A model generated the notes under the pieces. It was not told the DNA's origin, did not search any database, and saw nothing but the letters and a program-made list of their open reading frames with translations. DNA of 64,000 nucleotides from the human T2T-CHM13v2.0 reference genome, Homo sapiens. A program made the position numbers and the translations under genes. Location: assembly GCF_009914755.1 (NCBI RefSeq), contig NC_060934.1, one strand, 5' to 3'. This document shows positions 55,293 through 64,000 of the stretch, in pieces (the stretch's first letter is position 1; each line of letters opens with the position of its first letter).

Positions 55293-56251
55293 AGAGCAGT
55301 GGATCTCAAGGACTCGGGGAGAACTCCCTTTCTGAAGGAGGGTTGGAATTTGCCCTTTCAGCCTGGTGGGCCTGAAGGGGAGAGTGATGTGGCCACAGAC
55401 CGTCAGCTCCCCTGGATGTCCTGACCACCATGGGGTTTCCTAGTCCAGATACACTGAGAAGCAGGATCATGAGCACTACCCCGGCGAGTTCCACAGGGCC
55501 CAGGCCCTCGGTGGCTGATGCAGCGGACTGTGCTGGTCATCATGGCTGTGCTGGGCCCCAGGGGCTTCTTCATGCTAATCACGACTCTGGAAACTCACGG
55601 AGTCTCCACAGTTACGGTCTGGCTGGGCAGGCTGGCCTCACCCTCACCCCTTCTCTGCAGCCTCACAGGGCCCTTTCTGGGTCTTTCACACCCAGTGTTC
55701 CATTTTCCAAAGCTCCCCGCCCACGAGAAGGGACATGCTGTGTGCATTTGAGAGCTCAGATGCTTGCTGGCATCTGTCTGCTGTGCTCAGTGGTGGCCTG
55801 GGAACAGGACATGGTAGCAGGAATCAAGGCTGTTGGAAAATCACAAAAACATGTGTTTTGATGATGTTGTAAACTCTCCAGTCTATAAAGAAATCCAAAT
55901 GATGTAACGGGAATGCATTCAGAGGTCCCAGGCCCAGGCCCTCCAATTCCCACCTCCGTGTCTGGGAAAGATGCTGACCCTTAGGGCGCACAGCAGGACC
56001 TGACCTCGAAGAGAAACTCACAGGGGTCCCCCAACCCTGATAAAAGCAACATGTAGCTTTGTCTTTTTTAACTTATTCAGAAATTCCACCCAAGATTACT
56101 CACATACGTGAGATCCAGTCAACAGAGTCCTAACGAGTGGCTGCAAAACTTTGGCTGGCCAGAGTGTATCCCACTCATTCATTCATTCATTCATTCATTC
56201 GGCTAGCATTTTTGGGTCCTTTCGAGCGCTTATTGAAGGTTTTAGTGGTGG

Positions 56252-56440
56252 TGCTGTCTCTCAAAGTGTGGCCATCAGGTTAGCAGCATCACCATCATAT
56301 GAACTTGACATTGGAAATGCAGATTCTCAGGCTCCACCCCAAACTCACCTATCAGAAACCCTGAGGGGATCCCAGTGTTGTATGTGCCTGAACAAGCCCC
56401 TACAGTGATTTCGATGCACACTTAGGTTTGAGAGCCACTG
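56252..56440. mobile_element. MER5A-like DNA transposon
   Basis: tctcaaagtgtggcc...gaaatgcagattctcagg...gtttgagagccactg. Confidence 0.82.
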
Positions 56441-56479
56441 CCCAGGGATGAGGATGGAGGACAAGGGAGTCCAAATACA

Positions 56480-57250
56480 AGGGTCAAAGTGAGAAAAAAG
56501 CAGTGTTGAATGTGCAGAAGAGAAAGGCTCCCAGGTCGGGGAGCAGGCCTGAGCCAGGTCACGTGGTTCTCCCTTGCTGTGTCAAGACATTTGAGTTCTT
56601 GAAATGTAGGGGGAGCCCTTGAGGGATTTAGAGCTGGAATGACACACCATGTTGGACCTTTATAAAGATCATCTTGAGACCTGTGCTAGGGAAGGACTGG
56701 CAGGGAGCCAGCTTAGAATCAGAAAGACAGTGAGGGCGCTGGTGCGGTAACAGCCTTGGCAAAAGATGAGAGCCTGAGCCAGGGAATGACAGTGGGCAAG
56801 GGAGTGGGCTGGGCTCAGGAAACCTCAGGCCAGTGCAGCCGCAATGCTGACTGATTGCTAGGGGTGGAGATGAGGGCCAGAGACACCTCAAATGATTCCC
56901 AGGTTTCTGGCGTGGGGACCGGCTGGTGGTGATGTCATTCTTTGGAGCAGGGGATGGAGGAGGAGTGAGTTTGGAGGGATCCATAATGAGTTCCATTTGG
57001 GACCTGAGTTTGAGCTGCCTGTAGAGCTTTCAGATTGCAATGGAGCCTGGAGCCAGGGGAGATGGGGCTGGGGATGTTGGGGAAGTGGGGGGACTCCCCT
57101 GGGAGCAGCAGGGAGGAGCAGACAGCAGGCCCAGGTGGGCCTCGAGTAAGCACAGCCCTCAGATCATTGCACTTCGCTGAGTCCACTCTGGCTTGAGGAC
57201 AAGGATGCAAGAGAATCAGGGACATTGTGTGCAAAGCTCCTCACATGGTC
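56480..57250 (+). mobile_element. L2 remnant
   Basis: atgattcccaggtttctggc...gagttccatttgggacctgagtttgag. Confidence 0.6.
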
Positions 57251-57649
57251 AGACTTGGGTGGGGAGAGGGAAGGCCTTGGCTGGGTGTGAGTCAGAGCCA
57301 CAGAAGATTCCAGAGGGCATTCTCTGACTCTCTGAGCCACTGTCTTCCATAGAGGCAGAACTGCCCGAATGGAGTGAAGCCTCCTCGGTGCTGCGCAGAC
57401 CCCACCGAGGTCCTCTGAAGAGGTGCTGTGGCTGAGCAGGAAAAAGATGGGCGTGGAACCATGTCCAGAAGGGACTGCTCCATTTGAGGGGTGGGGAAGG
57501 GAGCATTTGCTTCCAGAGTGGCTCTGTAGCTCCCCGACAGAGACAGGAGGATGTCAGCAAGACTTAGAGGGGGCTTTCTGATCTCTGAGCTGTTGCTCAT
57601 CACAAAACCCCTTCCTGGGGTGTCTTGGGGGAAGTTGGACTCCAACTTT

Positions 57650-58343
57650 TTTTTATTGAGACATAATAGTTGAACATATTTTAGGGGTATGTGTGATAAT
57701 TTGAAATATTCATATAATGTGTAGATTAAATCAAGGTAATTGGGATTCTCATCACCTTAAACATTTGTCTTTTCTTTATGCTAGAAACATTCTAATTATT
57801 CTCTTCTAGTTACTTTGAAGTGTACAATAGATTTTTTTTTAACTATTGTCACCCTATTGATCTACTGAACATGAGGTCTTGTTTCTTTTATCTAACTGTA
57901 TATTTGTACCCATCAATCAACCCCTCTTTATCCTTTGCTCTCCCTAACCTTCCTGGTCCCTGGTGACCACCAACCCACTCTCTATCTTCATGAGACCCAC
58001 TTTTTAAGCTTCCACATATGAGTGAGGACATGCGATATTTGTCCTTCTGTGCTTGGCTTATTGCACTTATCATGATGTCCTCCAGGCTCATCCATGTGGC
58101 CATGAATGACAGAATTCCATTCTTTTTTACGGATGAATAATATTCCATTGTTCACTCATTTCTTTATCCATTCAGTTATTGATGGACACTGAGCATCAGT
58201 CAAGCTCAGTGACCACATGTTGGCTGTTGTGAATACTGCAGCAATAAACATGGGGGTGCAGATATCACTTTGATAAACTGATTTTCCTTCTTTTGAGTAT
58301 AGACCCAGCAGTAGGGTTGCTGGATCATATGGTAGCTCCATGC
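57650..58343 (-). mobile_element. 5'-truncated L1MA (L1MA3-like) with 11-bp TSD ACTCCAACTTT
   Basis: ORF2 C-terminal remnants (ORFs 57888-58148 and 58156-58350). TSD at 57639-57649 and 58344-58354. Confidence 0.9.
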
Positions 58344-58370
58344 ACTCCAACTTTGGGGATAATGCGGAAT

Positions 58371-58494
58371 GGTCCCCTCACATAGGAGCTGGGTCTCATG
58401 GACCTCAAGAGTCCCCTTGACACGGAGGTGGGTCCCCTCACATAGGAGCTGGGTCTCATGGACCTCAAGATTCCCCTTGACATGGAGGTGGGTC
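58371..58494 (+). repeat. 60-bp tandem duplication (58/60 identical)
   Basis: Units 58371-58430 and 58431-58490, plus a GGTC remnant. Confidence 0.96.
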
Positions 58495-61400
58495 ACCCTG
58501 AGGCTCATTCTCCAGGTGACTGTGTAATCCAGGTGTATTAGCTGGTGAGGGGGACAATCCACAGCCCATCCTCACCAGGTGTCACTTCACTGAAGACTGA
58601 GCCGAGAGGGCACTCGAGACAGCTTGCTGGCTGGGTGGGGAGGATTTCAGGCTTGAATCTGTTTTCCTTTCATTCATCTGCCTCTTACGGTTCCAGTTCT
58701 TAGTTGGTGGGGGGGGGCAGTCATTTATGAAATGAAATCATAAACTGGGACTGTTTTGAGGATGAAGAGGGTGGGCACAGACCATGTCAATGTCACCCAT
58801 GCAGCTTTGAGGGAACGTGCTGGCTAGTAAGTGATAGCACATGATACAAGGACAGCCTTGGGCTGGTCCAGTGCATCCCTGATGCCTCGTGGGGTGCAGG
58901 CGCCATGCGGGGTGCAGTCCTGCAGGTGTCACAGTCTGACCTGGGCACCGCAGAGTCTAGCGGGTTGGGAGACAGGACACTGGCAGCAGCCTGTGGAGGG
59001 TGTGATGTGATGGACAGTGCTGTCCGTGGGATGGGTGGGCACAGGAAGTAGGCGCGGGGCTCAGGACAGCTCTTGGGGCACTATCTGGGAATGTCAATGA
59101 AGAAGGGCGGAAGATCCTTCAGGCCAGGGAGAGAGTGTATTAAGAGTGGAGGTGGCAGGGACCCTCCAGGCAGGTGGAGGATTTTCACCATGACTAGAGC
59201 AGCAAAAGGGAACAGGAGCAGTGGGAGATAAGGCTGGGCCCAGCTCGGGCCAGGCCATGGAGACTTGGGGCTTAGCTCTACTTGGGAGGGAATAGAACTT
59301 TCTGCAGGGAGTTGTGCATTCTAGCAAGACTGCGCTGGTAGCAATGGCCTGGATGATACAAGATGAGGGATGCAGAGGCCATTAAGAATGGGCTGGGAGA
59401 GGAAGGGACAGCCAGAGAGGCAGATTGGAGGACTCTGGTGCTGAGTGCGGAGCATGAAGGTGGGAAGAGGGGTGTCCAGGCCTCCATGGAGCTGGTGTCC
59501 CCTGTAGTACATCAGAAGTATCTTAGACATGTGCTGCTTTTCTGACCATCTTATTTTTGAATTGCAAATATGAAAATAAATAAGCTTTAAAAAAAGCCCT
59601 AAAGTTGATTGTACTTGTTTTTGAAGAGAAACGTTGGAAATTAACTCACAGTTTCTGAGGTCTCCAAGTTGCCTTCCAATTCCTGTTGAAAACTTGGACA
59701 GGGGACTTGTAACATCCTTGTCGACTGTCCTTATTAACTCCACATTTTATTTCAATTGTGCTTAGCACCTGCCTCCAATTACTCGGCTCTGGCAGAGAGC
59801 AGAGCTCTGATTAAACGCTGGGCTCTGTGTTAGTACAGCATTACCCAGGCACAGGCCATCATCCATCTTCATCAAGCCTGCGGCCTCAGTGGCCTGACAG
59901 CCATTCCAGGAAGGACCAAGGATGGTTAGCACCCAGAGGCTGCATCACCCAAGATAGGCTCTGTGGTGCCCAGAGAATGATTTGTATTCATTACTGTTCT
60001 CTCCAATCATTGTCCAGGCTTTTCATGGGCTGCTGGTGAGCTGGCACAGACAGCCTGGCCAGGATGTAAAAGGGAGGGCATGGGGCATGGGGAGGTTAAT
60101 GACAGGGAGGATGCAGATGACAATGACTACCAGATAAGGTGGGGGCATCGGGGTTGCCACAGCTGTGGACGAGCCCCGTCACTGCCGGAGCACCTGCCCT
60201 GGTGGGGCAGCACCCACCACAGGACTGATCCTCCCTGTGTGTGCCGCACAATGAGGTCATGAGGCCAGCATTCTCAGGTTCTTTTTCCATTTTATAGATG
60301 AGGAAATGGGGATTGCCTCATGACCGCTCACCCAGAACAAGGAATCTGTGTTCCCAAAGCCCACCACAGAGCATGTCTGCTCCCCTCCAGCCCCCATCCA
60401 ATGCTTGAGAAAATGACTTTCCCACCCTCACTGCTCCCGGCCAGGAGATGCTCCTGCCCAGTGGGGCCAGGTGACTGTGGTCAGGAGCGGTCACCTCCAC
60501 CACTTCCCTGGCACATAGGCAACTTGATTCAAGCAGGGCTGATGACTGGAGGTGTTAAATGCAGGTAAGTGTGTGTGTAAAGCCGAATGTTTAGCCCTGG
60601 AACACAGGAGGAAATAAGTGGGGAGCCCCCTGATTCCTGGGGTCGGCGAGAGCTGGGTTGGAGGGGCAGCTCAGCTTCAGTGTTCTGCTGTCTTGATCTT
60701 GGGCAAGTCTCTCATGGGTGAAAGACTGCCTCAGGGAGGCACACCCCTGAGATGGAGCTGCAGGGTCACCTTTACTACCAGGGGAACTAAGGTCTGGAAT
60801 CTCCCTATTAGCACATTCAGCCATAATGGGAGACAGGTGGCCCTGGGCACAGAGTGTGGGGCACTCAGCCACACGCAGTTGCAGCAGGGCGGATGCCTGC
60901 AGAATGCTCTTCTCCTTCCTTCTCCCAACACTCCCACTGGAAGAGCCACTTACCTTCTGAGGGGACACACACCTGGTGAACACAGCTGACAGCCAAGGGA
61001 CAGACACCTGGCCATGAACAGCAAAATCAGGGTCCCAGATTGGGAAGTCTGACCTTCCCCCTGAGTGTCCAGCCCATGTGTGCAGCCAGCCCATGTCTGG
61101 AGAGTGCAACTTGGGACAAGGGGAAGGAGGTCAAGTCTATGCCATCCTGCCCTGTCCTGCCCACTTGTCCTTAGGCTCGGAGAGCAAAGCTTTAGGCATT
61201 GAAAAGAAATCTCTGGGACCCCAAGGTCCCAGGTGTGGGGCCTGGCAGGTGTGCTGGGAGCCGGCTCTCTGCCCCCTTCCTCAACTAGGCCTTGGGCATT
61301 GTCCCCCCAAGGACCTCCTGTGACTGGAGGCTCCTGTGCCCTCCCATCCTGGGGCCCGACGGGTCAGGATGCCCAATGCAGGCTAACTGCACTCTCCAAG

Positions 61401-62914
61401 CCTACCCTCTCCCTTTCTCACTGCTCCACACACAGTGAAATGCTCCACTTTCATTTCTGGAGCCCACTTGGTCCTCTGCAGATTTGAAGGTGTTTCCCAG
61501 GAAGGCAGGTAGTTCAAGAGGCTGACTTGGGAAAATTCATCAGAGAAGCCCTGGCTGGGGAGGAGAGTGAGGGGCAGGTGTCAGGACACTCACACCTGGC
61601 ATCTGGGAGGTGGCCCATTTCTGAGGGTCTAGAAAGAGCAGTGCTGCTCCTTGAGAGGGGTGTGGCTAGCGAGAGCAGCCTGTGCTTGTTAGGGTCAGAG
61701 GAGATGCGCTTGAATCCCAGCTCTGCCTTTTCCCATCTGTTATCACTTTGGACAAGGCACCTAAATTGCTCCAACCCTGTTTCTGCACAGGTGTGGGCTG
61801 ACTTTAGTAGAAAATGAATTTATTGAACAGATGGGGTGGTTGACAGAGAATCCTGGAGCACAGGCTTGGAGAACAGGAAGGTATCAAGGCAAGCTTGACC
61901 ACCGAGGTCAACCTGGAGGTGGGGGTGGGTGGTGGCGAGGTGTGGGCCACACCCCACCACCCCACTGTGAGGCCTGGCAGAGCTTACTGCTGGGTGGCAG
62001 AGTTCAGGTAACAAGTAGGTGGGTGCAGCAGCAGAAAGATGGCTGAGTCTGGACTGCCCTGCTCCGTGTCTGTAGCAGCAGCTAGGTCCTGAATCCTGCA
62101 GGACTCATCCATGCTGGGGCCAGTTCTTCAAGCACTAAGGGCGTTCAGAGGCTTGACAGCCAATAGAGAGAACAAGAGGCACTCTAATGCCCAGCGCGTC
62201 TGCTTTCTGGGGGATCCTACAGACTAAAGATGAGGTCTGTTGGGTTCCTGACTCCCGGAGGGCCATCACTGAGTAACCAGAGGTTCTGTCTCTGACAGCT
62301 TCTCTATAGCCACAAATCAACTCCCTCATCCTGCGTCTCCACTGCCCAGTGAAGAGGCACCTGCCAGTCCCAAAAAGGACCTCGTGCGGCATCCAGGGTC
62401 ACCTTACCCACCTGGCTCAGGCTCCAAATGCACACACAATGCCTGGATCAAAGGGAGGAGGAAGAGGCTCACTGGTGGATACACTTTTATGTCACAAACC
62501 TAAGGAGAAGAGGAAAGAGCTGTTTGAATGAGTAATTTTGGATCTTGGAGGATAATATGGAGAGGGTCATTTGTCTTTGGATTTTAACCGGGACTTCCAT
62601 GGAGAAAAGTTGGGGGCTGTTACTAGACATCCTGCAGGTTTGGGAGGTGTAAAAGCTCTAGCCCTGCTCCAGCAACAGGATCAAGGCAACATTTCACCCT
62701 CGGCTTATTCTGCCAAAGATGCAACAAGACAAATGCCAAAAAGACAGTCTTTAGAGTTAGTACATGTGGCTTTGAGGCCCACCTCCCTTCCCTAACAGCT
62801 GGGTTCTATTTAACTTTGCCAAGCCTTGGTGGCTTTCCTTCAAATGAAAATCAACGTCTATTGCCCAGGGACATTATGAGGCTAAACTAAAATAGTTTTT
62901 CTATACCTCCTAGA

Positions 62915-63140
62915 ATAGGAGACAGTAAATTTTCTCTATAAAGAGTCAGAGAGTAAATATTTTAGGCTTTCAGGCCGTAGGGTCTCTGATGCAACCACTC
63001 AACTCTGCCATCATAGCCTGAAAGCAGCCATAGGCAGTGCATAAACAGATCAACCTGGCTGCATTCCAATAAAACTTCATTGATAAAAATAGATAGCAGG
63101 CTGGATTTCGCCTGCAGGCCTTGGTTTGAGAAGCCTCCCC
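62915..63140 (+). mobile_element. MER58A-like DNA transposon
   Basis: agtaaatattttaggcttt...ctcaactctgcc...gcagccatag...ttccaataaaactt. Confidence 0.85.
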
Positions 63141-64000
63141 TGGAAAATAGTAGATACTCCTCTGCCAGAGAAGGCTGGATTGAGTAATAAAGAAATTGAG
63201 GATTATGCTCAGCAAAAGGGGGCATGGAGAATGGCTGAAGGAAGGAGGAGGGGCTCAGAAGGTGTCCCCAGAAAATTACTGGTTTGCACCTTACAGCATC
63301 TGCTTCCCACACTCCCTGACAGACATGGCAGTCCCCCCTCGAATACCCCCGCACCCAGACCGAAGCGTGTCCCGGACCCCTAGAGTGGGCTGGCCACATG
63401 GGTGCATTGAGTGGGAGGTGCTGCCCAGTCTTGAGGCTGGATGATCTTTCCAAACTGGATGACGTGTGCCATCACTGAGGGGTCCTGACCGCAGGAGAGT
63501 GGGCAAGGCTACTGCAGCACTGCTAGTCCTGGCAGGGATCACACTTGCTTGGGTGGTGATGTGCTCCTGTGACCCCTTCCCTGGCCGGTGGAAGCTTTGG
63601 AGCCAGTCCTCTAGTACAGGATCACCCTCTGTGCAGGAATCATGGCAAGCACTCTCATCAGGACCTAAGTCACCAGATATTGACCCTAGTGGTCGTACAT
63701 TTGCCGCCTTTACTTTAGATTCAGCAGTGGAGTCTGGTCCATCTGCCTGGGGCTGGGAACTGGGGTGAGTGTGGAGGGGGAGAGAGCATTCAAATGGTAC
63801 CTAGGGATGTTATCTCATCCCATGTGCAAGGGTTTGAGCTCCCATCACTCACTTAGATCACCCCAGTCCCCGACCTCGCATGTGGGGGAGCCAAACCCTT
63901 CAAGAAGCTCACAGCCTCCTGGTAAACAGAGAACAACAGCAGAAGCTATTCAAGGTTACATTTTGGTTTTTCCCTGCCTGTCTATTTTCCATTGTTCAAG

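Noticed and set aside
58371-58494. Direct repeats as a CRISPR-like array
   Set aside because: Head-to-tail duplication with no spacers, in eukaryotic DNA with no cas genes.
44000-64000. Many 60-200 aa ORFs in the GC-rich half, e.g. 54582-55184 and 60591-61109
   Set aside because: No recognisable domains, overlapping on both strands, several cross LTRs; expected by chance at high GC.

Overview
This is primate (human-like) genomic DNA, not prokaryotic. The left ~27 kb holds the 3' end of the non-receptor tyrosine phosphatase gene PTPN20 on the + strand. Four GT-AG coding exons (9022-9356, 12132-12347, 24704-24766, 25468-25533) splice in frame into the PTP-domain C-terminus with intact DYINAS, WPD, HCSAGIGR and QTKEQY motifs, followed by a ~1.6 kb AT-rich 3' UTR. 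The introns contain a decayed sense-oriented ERV-L provirus (MLT2C-like LTR, gag-pro-RT-RNaseH-IN, 3' end lost), a second inverted MLT2C LTR, a chimeric ~7.8 kb antisense L1, a 5'-inverted old L1 and several Alus. Downstream of about 33-44 kb the sequence changes from AT-rich and L1-rich to GC-rich intergenic DNA. That part carries MaLR/ERV LTRs, MER DNA transposons, a ~1 kb G-poor CA-rich tract, a strong CTCF+AP-1 site, G4 motifs and small tandem duplications, and no second protein-coding gene. I found no convincing novel biological system. The best leads are TE-driven control of PTPN20 isoforms and reconstructable TE rearrangements. Repeat subfamily names come from my recall of consensus sequences, and boundaries without a stated TSD are approximate.
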